Below are positions 11,737 to 21,806 of a DNA stretch of 64,000 bases, piece by piece (positions within the stretch are counted from its first letter, which is position 1; the number at the start of each line of letters is the position of its first letter). The DNA is from Bryobacterales bacterium (GTDB taxonomy: Bacteria; Acidobacteriota; Terriglobia; Bryobacterales; UBA6623): positions 1,927,622-1,991,621 of the forward strand of contig CAXXUI010000002.1 in NCBI GenBank assembly GCA_963662745.2. The letters are read 5' to 3'. The notes under the pieces were generated by a model. That model was not told the DNA's origin, searched no databases, and saw only the letters and a program-made list of their open reading frames with translations. The translations under genes and the position numbers were made by a program.

Positions 11737-13158
11737 ATGACGCATTCGAGACCTGACCCGCTCTCCACCCGCAGGGCCTTCCTGGGGCGCGCTTCGATGG
11801 GCCTCGGCTCGGTGGCGCTGGCCTCACTGCTGAAGCCCGGCCTGCTGGCCACCCGGCCCGGCGCCCCCGGCTTCCCAGACGGGTCGCCCAAGGTCAAGCG
11901 CATCATCTTCCTGTGCATGGCTGGGGGGCCGGCGCACCTCGAGCTGCTGGACTACAAGCCCGAGCTCGCCAAGCGCGATGGCGAGCCGATGCCGGAATCC
12001 TTCACGAAGGGCCAGCAGATCGCCCAGCTGCAGGGCAAGGAGCTGCGGATCCTAGGGCCCCAGCATCCGTTTCGGCGCTACGGCGCCAGCGGGCAGCACA
12101 TGAGTTCTCTCCTGCCGAACATCGGCAGCATCGCCGACGACATCTGCATCGTGCGGTCGATGCAGACGGAGCAGATCAACCATGACACAGCCCACACGTT
12201 CATGAACACGGGCTTCCGCCTGGCGGGTCGTCCGAGCATGGGGTCCTGGCTGCTTTACGGCTTGGGCAGCGAGTCCGAGGACCTGCCGGGGTTCGTGGTG
12301 CTGACTTCCGAGGGCGGCTCGCAGAGCCAGCCCATCGCCGCGCGCCAGTGGAACAGCGGCTTCCTGCCCAGCGTCTATCAGGGCGTCAAGTTCCACTCCG
12401 GCGGGGATCCAGTGAACTACGTCAGGAATCCGAGCGGCGTCTCGCGGGAGATGCAGAAGGGGCTGATCGACGCGGTGAGCGAGCTGAACGGCCTACAGCA
12501 GGGCTGGACATCGGACCCTGAGATCTCCACCCGCATCGCCCAGTACGAGCTGGCCTTCCGCATGCAGATGAGCGTGCCCGACTTGGTGGACTTCTCGAAC
12601 GAACCCGCCCACGTATTGGAGATGTACGGAACCCGAGGCGGTGACGGGACCTTCAACGCTAACTGCCTGCTGGCCCGGCGGATGGCCGAGCGCGGCGTGC
12701 GCTTCATCCACCTCTACCACCGCGGATGGGATCACCATAACGAGATCCGGACCGGACTGCCGAAGAGCTGCGGCTATGTGGACCAAGGGACGGCTGCCTT
12801 GGTGAAGGATCTCAAGCAGCGGGGCATGTTCGAGGAGACTCTCATTGTGTGGTGCGGCGAGTTCGGGCGGACGCCCATGTCGCAGGGCTCCAACCCCGAC
12901 CTCCTGGGGCGGGACCATCACATCAAGGGCTTCTCCATGTGGATGGCTGGCGGCGGCGTGAAGGGCGGAACGAGCTACGGCGCCACGGATGAGTTGGGAT
13001 ACAACGCCGTCGAGAACGTCGTCCATGTGCACGACTTGCATGCGACGATCCTCCACTTGTTCGGCATCGATCACACCAAGCTGAACTATCGTTTCCAAGG
13101 CCGGGACTTCCGCCTGACGGACGTTCACGGCAACGTCGTCCACGACATCCTCGTCTGA
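11737..13158 (+). CDS. DUF1501 domain protein (sulfatase-fold), Tat signal
   Basis: The ATG follows a GAGGA. It has the twin-arginine motif TRRAFLGRASMGLGSVALA and the characteristic GEFGRTP and GRDHH motifs. It lies 9 nt downstream of the PSD gene. Confidence 0.9.
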   Translation: MTHSRPDPLSTRRAFLGRASMGLGSVALASLLKPGLLATRPGAPGFPDGSPKVKRIIFLCMAGGPAHLELLDYKPELAKRDGEPMPESFTKGQQIAQLQGKELRILGPQHPFRRYGASGQHMSSLLPNIGSIADDICIVRSMQTEQINHDTAHTFMNTGFRLAGRPSMGSWLLYGLGSESEDLPGFVVLTSEGGSQSQPIAARQWNSGFLPSVYQGVKFHSGGDPVNYVRNPSGVSREMQKGLIDAVSELNGLQQGWTSDPEISTRIAQYELAFRMQMSVPDLVDFSNEPAHVLEMYGTRGGDGTFNANCLLARRMAERGVRFIHLYHRGWDHHNEIRTGLPKSCGYVDQGTAALVKDLKQRGMFEETLIVWCGEFGRTPMSQGSNPDLLGRDHHIKGFSMWMAGGGVKGGTSYGATDELGYNAVENVVHVHDLHATILHLFGIDHTKLNYRFQGRDFRLTDVHGNVVHDILV

Positions 13159-14712
13159 GGTCCGTTCTCCCTGCTGCCGAAGGCCGTGCCTCTCGCACAG
13201 GCGGTCTGCTCGCGGCACGCTCCCGTGCCTGTGCATGCGGGCGGTGCGAACGCTTTGGAGACTGTGGCCCGAAAAGGCTCAAGGAAATCTCGTATTCGCG
13301 AATCAAGGCGACGTACTGCAACTCAAGGCACCTGCGCTAGAAAACGACGGTTCAACGGCTACCCTCCCGATGAGTGGGCAGGAGCACTGGCTGACGTTCC
13401 AATCAGAACGAAATCATGCGACCTTGCGTTTCAGGAAGAAGAATACGGCGCGGAGCATTGTAGCTGCAGAGCGCCAGACCGGCATGAGCGTGGAGTGGAT
13501 CCAAGAGGAGCCTCGCTCGCAAGCAACCAGCCAGCGCGCTGGGCGCCGCCGAACCCTCACGCGCCAAGCCGCAGCTGAGCGACGCTCACATAGCGTCAAG
13601 CGGCGAAGAGCCACTTCTCGGAACGGATCGCTTGGCTGCGGCGTCTTGCTTGGAGGTGGTGCGGATAGCGTCCCGTGCAGATTCTTCCTGCTTCGTTACA
13701 CCGAACCGCCGAGGACCAGACTGCGCCAACGGATCACCTGATTGGTGCGCTGAGCAGCAGGTTCCTGACTCCGCCGGCAGGGCGGGCGCCCCACCCTGCC
13801 GCCATTGCGGCGTGCTTGCTGGCGAGACCGTCCTGTCGTGCTCACGGGTGGGACCCGCAGTCGTAGCCGCTAGAGCATCCCTTGGTTGCGCCACTGCAGC
13901 CATGACGGCGCGTTGCCTCCGACTTGGCAAGCTCGGGCCCCATGACCTCGACCTCAAGCTGGCTGTGGGCGCGCGGTCCTATCGCTCGCTCCCAGCCTCG
14001 ATGCGACGCGCCGAGGCCCGGAGCGCAGGCATCCTAGGGCCGCAGGTGCGACGAATTCAGGGCCAACGGTCTGGGTCCGCCATGTCTCCTGATGCTGCGG
14101 GCGGATCGTGGTGTCGCGTCTCGGAGGAGAGTGGTTTGCTTGGAGCCGGACGGATCCGGGGCTCAGTGTTTGTCACAGTCGTTGGGTGAGGCCGTTGCCA
14201 ATCCCGGCGGCTGCAGGTTGATTGCGGATCCGGTGGCCGTCGGGCGAGGCGCGGAGCGGGCCAGGCGTGTACGCTCCGTCCTGCAGCGTTAAGTCTGGGC
14301 CTGTGGGGTGGGACGTCTCGGCACGATCCTTTGAGCGTCGGGGGCATGGTGCGGGCGCACCTGCTCCACGTATCTGGAAGCCATCACTTAGTCCCTAGGT
14401 TGAAACAGGGGCGGCACGACAGCAGCGAACGCTGCCGACGGCGGATTCGCTCACTCCTACGGCGAGAATCGCAAACCAGCGGCCAATCCCGTCACTGTGC
14501 CAAGGACTTGCGTCCGTCCTCAGCGCCTGACCTCCCGGACTGTCTCGCTGCTTGATTCCCGGAGCTGGCGGCCGCCAGACTCGTGCCCTCGCCCGCCTTC
14601 CGAACCGGTGAGCGAATGGTGGGCTGGGGCGCTACTGACTCAACCGGAGACTCGTCCCCGGCACGCTGATTAAGTCATCCGCGTTTGAAGCGATCTGTCA
14701 TGCGTGACGTTC

Positions 14713-14727
14713 AGAAGAATATCTTCT
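14713..14727. promoter_or_regulatory. inverted repeat AGAAGA-ATA-TCTTCT in the AT-rich leader upstream of hsp20
   Basis: A perfect 6-bp-arm palindrome seen directly. It sits about 33 nt upstream of the -35-like hexamer in the only AT-rich stretch of this intergenic region. Confidence 0.3.
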
Positions 14728-14759
14728 AGTACTACACTCAGAAAATATGTGTTATACAG

Positions 14760-14785
14760 TTGACATCCACTCCACAGGCTATAAT
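14760..14785 (+). promoter_or_regulatory. candidate hsp20-clpB promoter (TTGACA-N14-TATAAT)
   Basis: Perfect TTGACA (14760-14765) and TATAAT (14780-14785) hexamers lie 38 nt upstream of the hsp20 ATG. The 14-nt spacer is short for a housekeeping sigma factor. Confidence 0.4.
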
Positions 14786-14823
14786 GAGGTTGTGGCCCAC
14801 GGGCCCGTCGAAGGAAGACAGCG

Positions 14824-15222
14824 ATGAGACTGCAACAGCACAACAACTTCAGCCTTGGGGTCGCAGGCGACCCGCCTTGCGGTCCCCGCCTCGCGTCGCC
14901 CGCGTGGACGCCGAGGTTCGACATCGTCGAGAGCCGCGAGGCGTTCACGCTTACGGGAGACCTCCCTGGCCTGTCCCGGAAGGATGTCGAAGTCCGTCTG
15001 AATGACGGAGTGCTGACCCTACGGGGCGAGCGCGGCGAACCTGACGGCGCAGAGCGCTGGAGCCTCCGCGAGTGCCCGAGCGGGTGGTTCGAGCACCGGT
15101 TGCGGATCTCGGACGAAGTCGACTTCGCCGGAATCCGAGCCTCGTTCGCCGACGGCGTGCTGACGGTGACGCTGCCGAAGCGTGCGCCGGAGGAGGGGTC
15201 GCGGCTGATTCCAGTCGGCTGA
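14824..15222 (+). CDS. Hsp20/alpha-crystallin family small heat-shock protein
   Basis: Alpha-crystallin domain: WTPRFDIVESREAFTLTGDLPGLSRKDVEVRLNDGVLTLRGER...ASFADGVLTVTLPK. An AGGAAG lies upstream of the ATG. Confidence 0.9.
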   Translation: MRLQQHNNFSLGVAGDPPCGPRLASPAWTPRFDIVESREAFTLTGDLPGLSRKDVEVRLNDGVLTLRGERGEPDGAERWSLRECPSGWFEHRLRISDEVDFAGIRASFADGVLTVTLPKRAPEEGSRLIPVG

Positions 15223-15324
15223 AGGCGATGCAGCGCGGGCGGGTACTCAGGGCCGCAATCGTAGTGGTGCCCGCGAGCATTCGATGCGGCTGCCCTCCGA
15301 CGGAGCCACGGTTAGGAGAACAAC

Positions 15325-17979
15325 ATGATTCCGATTGAGAAGTTCACCCAGAAAGCGCAGGGGGCCGTGCAACGCACCCAGCTGCTCGCGGCGGAGGCTG
15401 GCCATCAAGCGTTGGCTCCCGCCCACCTGCTGGTGGCTCTGGCGGAAGAGGAGAATGGCATCGTCCCGGCAGTTCTCTCGAAGCTCGGCCTTGAGGCTAG
15501 TGCCATCGCGGCTCGGGCCAGGGGCCTCTTCCAAGCGATCCCCGTGGTTAGCGGCGCCGGAGCCGGCCAGCACCTTGACCCAGCTCTGTTGCGGGTCTTC
15601 GCGCAGGCCGAGAAGGAGGCCGGCCGGTTCAAGGACAAGTACGTCTCGACGGAGCACCTCCTCCTCGCCCTCAGCGCGGAGAGCAAGGATCCTGCGGGAC
15701 GCCTGCTCGTACAGGCCGGCGCTGCGAGGGAAGCCATCCTCAAGGCGCTCGTACAAGTCCGGGGCACGCAGCGCGTCACCGACCCCAATCCGGAGGACAA
15801 GTACCAAGCGCTGGAGCGCTTTGCCCAGGATCTCACCGAGCGGGCTCGGCGGGGCGACCTCGACCCCATCATTGGCCGCGACGAAGAGATCCGCCGCGTC
15901 GTCCAAGTCCTCTCTCGAAGGACCAAGAACAATCCCGTGCTGATCGGCGAGCCGGGCGTCGGCAAGACTGCCATCGTCGAGGGACTGGCGCAACGGATCG
16001 TGCGGGGTGACGTACCGGAGACTCTCAAGGGCAAACGCCTAGCGTCGCTGGACTTGCCTTCCATGGTGGCAGGCACCAAGTTCCGGGGCGAGTTCGAGGA
16101 GCGGCTCAAGGCCGTTCTGAAGGAAATCGAGGATTCCGACGGAGAGGTCGTCTGCTTCATCGATGAACTGCACACCTTGGTCGGCGCCGGCGCCAGCGAA
16201 GGCTCGATCGACGCCGCAAACATGCTCAAACCCGCTCTGGCCCGCGGCAAGTTGCGTTGCATAGGGGCCACGACGCTGGCCGAGTACCGCAAGCACGTGG
16301 AGAAGGATGCGGCGCTGGAGCGGCGCTTCCAGACCGTGCTGGTCGAGCAGCCGTCGGTCGAGGACACGGTCGCGATCCTGCGAGGCCTCAAGGAAACCTA
16401 CGAGATCCACCATTCGGTCCGCTATCGCGACGCGGCGCTTGTCGCTGCGGCGCAACTCTCGGACCGCTACATCACGGACCGATTCCTGCCGGACAAAGCC
16501 ATCGACTTGGTTGACGAGGCGGGTGCGACCCTCCGCATGCAGGTCGACTCCGTGCCGGTTGAGGTGGATCGCATGGAGCGCAAGGCGGTGCAGCTGGAGA
16601 TCGAGCGCAAGGCGCTCCAAAAGGAAGGTGACAGCGGGTCCGCCGAGCGCCTCGCGACCATCGAGAGCCGGCTGGAGGAGTTGCGCGGCGAGTCCGCAGC
16701 GCTGCGCGAGAAGTGGCAGCGCGAGAAGCGTGTCATCGACGACGTCAAGCGGCTCAAGGAGGAGATCGAACGCCTCAGGACTGAGCAGGAGTCGCTGGCG
16801 CGAGCGGGAGACTTGGCAGCGGCGGCCGAGGTCCGCTACGGACGGCTGGTGCGGGCGGAGCGGGAGCTGGAGCGCGCCAACGCCCGGCTGGAGGAGCAGC
16901 AGGGCGCCAGCCCCCTCTCTCGCGGAGAGGTCGTCGAGGAGGATATCGCGACCATCGTCGCGAAGTGGACTGGCATTCCGGTGGCCAAGATGCTCCAAGG
17001 TGAGATCGAGAAGCTGGTCGGCATGGAGGGGGCCTTGGCCGGGCAGGTCGTTGGCCAAGACAGCGCTCTCTCCTCCGTCGCCAACGCAATCCGGCGCAGC
17101 CGGGCTGGCCTGAGCGATCCCGACCGCCCGGTTGGGACGTTCCTGTTCCTCGGGCCCACCGGAGTGGGCAAGACAGAGCTGGCTCGCGCGCTCGCCGCAT
17201 TCTTGTTCGACTCGCCAAGAGCCATGGTGCGAATCGACATGTCCGAGTACATCGAGAAGCATGCCGTGTCCAGGATGATCGGAGCGCCTCCGGGCTATGT
17301 CGGACACGAGGAAGGCGGGCAGCTGACCGAGCATGTTCGACGGTCGCCCTACAGCGTCGTGCTGCTGGACGAGATCGAGAAGGCTCATCCGGACGTATAC
17401 AACGTGCTGCTCCAAGTGCTGGACGACGGCAGGTTGACCGACGGCAAGGGCCGAACCGTCAATTTCGCCAACTGCGTCATCGTGATGACATCCAATGTCG
17501 GTTCGCCAGAGATCTTGGGCAGCGAGGCGGTCGGTTTCTCGCTGAGTGGCGTGAGCAGCACTGATGAAGCAGGGATGCGGAGGCGCCTGCTGGACCGGCT
17601 CCGCCGGACCTTCCGTCCGGAGTTCCTGAACCGGGTCGACGACATCATCGTCTTCAACAACCTCCAGCGCCAGCATCTGCTGAAGATCGTCGACATTCAG
17701 CTGGACAGGGTCAGGCGCTTGCTTGAGGACCGCAAGATCTCTCTTGAGGTCAGCGACGAAGTCAAGGACTTGATCGTCACGCAGGGCTACGATCCCCAGT
17801 TCGGGGCGCGGCCTATGAAGCGGTCGATTCAGCGCCTGATTCAGGATCCGCTCGCGATGGCCGTCTTGGAAGGGCGCTTCGGCGAGGGGGATGTCGTTCG
17901 GGCCGAGCGGGAAGGAGACGCCGTTCGATTCGTTGCAGGGCGGCTACCCGCTCCAGCGCGAGAACGCAAAGCCGCGTGA
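15325..17979 (+). CDS. clpB: ATP-dependent chaperone ClpB
   Basis: 884 aa with an N-terminal Clp repeat, two AAA+ Walker A motifs ([13 protein letters not shown] and [14 protein letters not shown]) and a long coiled-coil middle domain. AGGAGA precedes the ATG. Confidence 0.97.
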   Translation: MIPIEKFTQKAQGAVQRTQLLAAEAGHQALAPAHLLVALAEEENGIVPAVLSKLGLEASAIAARARGLFQAIPVVSGAGAGQHLDPALLRVFAQAEKEAGRFKDKYVSTEHLLLALSAESKDPAGRLLVQAGAAREAILKALVQVRGTQRVTDPNPEDKYQALERFAQDLTERARRGDLDPIIGRDEEIRRVVQVLSRRTKNNPVLIGEPGVGKTAIVEGLAQRIVRGDVPETLKGKRLASLDLPSMVAGTKFRGEFEERLKAVLKEIEDSDGEVVCFIDELHTLVGAGASEGSIDAANMLKPALARGKLRCIGATTLAEYRKHVEKDAALERRFQTVLVEQPSVEDTVAILRGLKETYEIHHSVRYRDAALVAAAQLSDRYITDRFLPDKAIDLVDEAGATLRMQVDSVPVEVDRMERKAVQLEIERKALQKEGDSGSAERLATIESRLEELRGESAALREKWQREKRVIDDVKRLKEEIERLRTEQESLARAGDLAAAAEVRYGRLVRAERELERANARLEEQQGASPLSRGEVVEEDIATIVAKWTGIPVAKMLQGEIEKLVGMEGALAGQVVGQDSALSSVANAIRRSRAGLSDPDRPVGTFLFLGPTGVGKTELARALAAFLFDSPRAMVRIDMSEYIEKHAVSRMIGAPPGYVGHEEGGQLTEHVRRSPYSVVLLDEIEKAHPDVYNVLLQVLDDGRLTDGKGRTVNFANCVIVMTSNVGSPEILGSEAVGFSLSGVSSTDEAGMRRRLLDRLRRTFRPEFLNRVDDIIVFNNLQRQHLLKIVDIQLDRVRRLLEDRKISLEVSDEVKDLIVTQGYDPQFGARPMKRSIQRLIQDPLAMAVLEGRFGEGDVVRAEREGDAVRFVAGRLPAPARERKAA

Positions 17980-18006
17980 CCGCGGGACGGGGGCGGGGCC
18001 GGCTGC

Positions 18007-19227
18007 TTGGCCCGGCCGTGCGCAAGCAGGTCTGATCATCGTTGCTACGATGGCTGTTTGCGGGACGCAATCTGGTCCCGGACCCTTCCCCAGCAGTCTC
18101 GCGACATCCTCCTCAGAACTGACGACCTGCCTCGAACTGCTGATGTCGCAGTTGTCGGAGCGGGGCTCGTAGGGCTGTGTACGGCGTTATCGCTGCGGCG
18201 GAGGGGCGTCCGGAAGATCGTCGTCGTCGACCGTGGCACCGTCTGCGGCGAGGCGACCGGGGCGAGCGCTGGCGGTCTGTGGCCGGCTCACGAGTGCCTG
18301 ACCTTGGCGTCGGCCGAGCTTGCGCGCCAGGCGTGGGCGAGCCAGTTGCGCCTGCTGGAGCAGTTTCCCTGCGACTTCGTCTCCAGCGGTCTGCTGTCCT
18401 TAGTGGACGAGGCCGGAGCGGACCGGCCGGCGGACCGAGTTGCCGAGACACTGGCTGCCGGCTTCGAAGCCCGGCTGCTCCAGCCCGCCGAGGTGCGAGA
18501 AGTCGAGCCGGCGCTCGGTCATCCGGGCCGGGCCATCCACTATCCCAGTGACGGGTCGATCCATCCTTTGAAGCTCGCCGCGGCAATTGTCTCGTGGCTG
18601 CGCAGGAAGGGCGTGGCGATCTGCACCGGACAGCGAGTGACGGCCGTCGATGCCGCCGGCTCGCTAGTTCTGGGTGCTGAAGGTCGCCTGCAGGCCGGCT
18701 CGGTGGTAATCTCCGCCGGGGCGTGGACGCCCTTGCTCACAGCTGTCTTGGACTGGGAGCCTCCGATCCGTCCCATCCGGGGCGTTCTGATCGCCTCCGA
18801 AAGGCAAGCCGAACGGACTCTGCGGACGGTGGTGGTGGCGAAGCCGTACTACTACTGGCAGCTAGGCTGCGGGCCGCTGGCCGGCGGCGGCTCCGAAGAG
18901 GATGTCGGCTTCCGGTCAGGCGTCAGCGAGAGAGTTGTTCAGGACATTCGTCGCGATTGGGCGCGCCTGTTTCCGTCCCTTGCCGGAACCGCGTTCCCCT
19001 GCTCGTGGTTCGGATTCCGCCCGTACTGCTCGGACATGCAGCCCGTGATCGGCCGCATTCCTGGAACGCGGAGCGTCTACGCCTCGGCCGGCCACTTTCG
19101 AAAAGGGATCCTGCTCTCGCCGCTTAGCGGGCAGCTGCTCGCCGCCGAGATCTTGGACGGCCGCCCTCCGGCCCTGTCCGAAGCGTTCCGCCCCGAGCGC
19201 TTCCCGCGCATCTCCCGGACAGGCTGA
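18007..19227 (+). CDS. FAD-dependent oxidoreductase (DAO / glycine-D-amino-acid oxidase family)
   Basis: VAVVGAGLVGLCTALSLRRRGVRKIVVVDR is an FAD-binding GxGxxG, and the length is DAO-like. The listed start is a TTG, so the true start is uncertain. Confidence 0.8.
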   Translation: MARPCASRSDHRCYDGCLRDAIWSRTLPQQSRDILLRTDDLPRTADVAVVGAGLVGLCTALSLRRRGVRKIVVVDRGTVCGEATGASAGGLWPAHECLTLASAELARQAWASQLRLLEQFPCDFVSSGLLSLVDEAGADRPADRVAETLAAGFEARLLQPAEVREVEPALGHPGRAIHYPSDGSIHPLKLAAAIVSWLRRKGVAICTGQRVTAVDAAGSLVLGAEGRLQAGSVVISAGAWTPLLTAVLDWEPPIRPIRGVLIASERQAERTLRTVVVAKPYYYWQLGCGPLAGGGSEEDVGFRSGVSERVVQDIRRDWARLFPSLAGTAFPCSWFGFRPYCSDMQPVIGRIPGTRSVYASAGHFRKGILLSPLSGQLLAAEILDGRPPALSEAFRPERFPRISRTG

Positions 19228-19265
19228 CGGCCGCCCCCCCTCAGAGGAAGCGGCCGATCGATCGC

Positions 19266-19862
<597 letters not shown>

Positions 19863-21688
19863 GGGTGTCTGCTCCTCGCAGATGGTCTGCCGAGAAGAGT
19901 ACCATCTTACCAAGATCTCGCATCGACGGGCGGGCAGCTCGAGTGCATCTGTGGAGGCTACTCCTGGGAGGTCTTGCAGATCAGCGTGACAGTGACGGCT
20001 GCCTAGACAATCCATGGTGTCGCAGATTCGTGTGCGCTGCTGGCGGCTGTTCGGGGGGCGGACGAGTCGCAAGTTGGCGCTTGTGATCCGGCCCGCTGCC
20101 GACGCCAGCGCTCGATACGGGAGGCGGTCAGTTTCGGCAGTTTCCTGTTAGCTTCCGATCGGGCTTGCAGCGCACTCTCGCCGGCTTTGATCGCTTCGTC
20201 GAGGTGAGGGCGCTGGCGTGAGCCGTGACCAGGCCCGTACAGCGGTTGGGGCATGTACTCGCTCTCGCTCTCGGCACCTCAGACGTCCTTACATCGAGCC
20301 GCCGAGGACACCTCTGAGCGGGCTGCGGACGCACATGGGAACGGATCAGCGCCAGACGGTGCCAGCACCACGGAGGGAGTAGCTGTCCCAAGCGGGCCCG
20401 CCCCGTACTGCTCGTCGGCCATGCCGTCTTTCCGCCCTCGCGACTTGGTCCGTCGAGCGGTGGCTACCGGTGCGGGAACTCGCTCTCGTCCCGCCCACGC
20501 CACAACTGTGCATGGCTTGTTGCCGGGTGCATCCTCGATCGGTAGCGTCGGGCTCCCGCCGGCCAGTAGGGCTCGCTCTCACGGCTGCCTGTCAGCGGAG
20601 AAATGGCGGTCTCCACAGACGGACGCGTCCAGCCAAGGCCGGAAGCCCATTCATCTTGGTGGCACACGTGTAGCGAAGTCTGTGTCGCGGCTCTCGGAAG
20701 GGGCGCGTCCACTGGACTGATTCAGAGCCAGAGGCACCGTAGAGTTGAGGGCGGTGCGACTCAGACAAGGGCGAGTTGTGCGCGCCTTCGAAGTCTCGCA
20801 GGCCGTCCTTGGCGAATGTGAGTTGCCTCTCGATGTGGGACTGGTGTATGTTCGCGCGGTAGACCTAGGCCCTGCTCACGCGCGGGCCTTCGTCCCAGCC
20901 GTGGCGCCGGAGACACCTTCAGGCCACAGTCCCTGAGGGGCCCAAACCTCGCCGGCACAACCTCCAGTACACGCCACATGTGTTGCCTCGTGGCGCGGCT
21001 GGACCCTCAAGGAAGCATCTCGGCTCGTGACCGACGCGCCCAAGCCGAGGTCGCCGTTGAAAATTGCGGTGCGGACGATGACGTGCTCGCGGTCGGCCAG
21101 CCCGTGCCGCCCGCTGACTCTTGCCGACGCTTACCAGCGATTGATTCGTGAACGCCGGTGGGCCCTAGCATCACGAGCCCCCGGTGGGGCGGTTCAGGCT
21201 ACCTTGACCGGTGGTCTTGGTCTCTCAGCTCGCAGGTGAAGAGCTGCCTGATCAGGTGATGCCAGCTCACTCAGCGACTAGGCATGCCAAAGAAGTCAGA
21301 CTTCGTTACAAGTGTGCCACCACGAAGACTGGGTCCTCCACCTCGGCGGGACGCCGGCTGCTCCCGGGACGGTCTCACCGAAGCCAAGATCGCCCGGCAG
21401 GACCGAATTGCCAGCGCTGGAGCGAGTCAGGACCCACCGGTCATCCGTGCGCCGGGCCATTCAGAACAATGGCATGGGGGGAAGTGCGTCCGCATCCGCT
21501 CTCGCAGCCACCGGTCCCAAGCCGAATATCAGAGAGTGGCACAACGGCCATCGCCAACGCCCACTCTCGGATGGGCTCGGTTGCGATGTCCAACCGATGC
21601 GCGGTGGCGGTACTGTCTCTTACAGCCCAGCAGGAGCATGCGTTAGTAGGCGGTCCAGCCCCGTTCTCGATCGCTAGGTGTAACAATT

Positions 21689-21728
21689 CCTGGACCCAGA
21701 CTCCCCATATGACTGCAGTCGGACCAGG
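21689..21728 (-). terminator. imperfect inverted repeat downstream of the 917-aa gene, possible terminator or island edge
   Basis: CCTGGACCCAGACT (21689-21702) faces AGTCGGACCAGG (21717-21728). On the minus-strand RNA the hairpin is followed by AAUUGUUA. It lies about 80 nt after the stop, at the GC transition. Confidence 0.3.
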
Positions 21729-21806
21729 AGCAGACCCCGGCATCTATAGGTGCGTACTAACTAAGCGTTCGAAGTCGCGACGATGGTTATTCCGAGACAC
21801 GTTCGT

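Noticed and set aside
16039-17676. Long ORFs antisense to well-supported genes: 16039-17676 (clpB), 36498-38129 (PhoD), 58369-60135 (DUF1553), 60301-62034 (TPP enzyme), 26447-27892 (FG-GAP), 5239-6429 and 6502-7506 (NHL protein), 8761-9678, 32208-33128, 49517-50719
   Set aside because: In each case the opposite strand encodes a protein with recognisable family motifs. These ORFs have Arg/Pro/Gly-rich compositions and no motifs, as expected for stop-poor antisense frames in about 70% GC DNA.
19228-19265. GGCCGC...GCGGCC hairpin between the convergent FAD-oxidoreductase and SOD genes as a bidirectional terminator
   Set aside because: It has only a 6-bp stem with a 14-nt loop and no U-tracts on either strand, so it is indistinguishable from chance in this GC background.
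20761-20979. Possible transposase remnant in the left flank (the minus-strand reading gives ...VYRANIHQSHIERQLTFAKDGLRDFEGA..., vaguely like the IERxxLTxR motif of IS1-type transposases)
   Set aside because: Only one short motif-like string is present, it is broken by stops in every frame, and there are no inverted repeats. I cannot support a family call without a search.
21758-21775. tRNA T-loop-like string GCGTTCGAAGTCGC near the island's left edge
   Set aside because: The flanking bases do not form a T-stem on either strand, and no acceptor or anticodon arms could be built. It is not a tRNA or tRNA-fragment att site.
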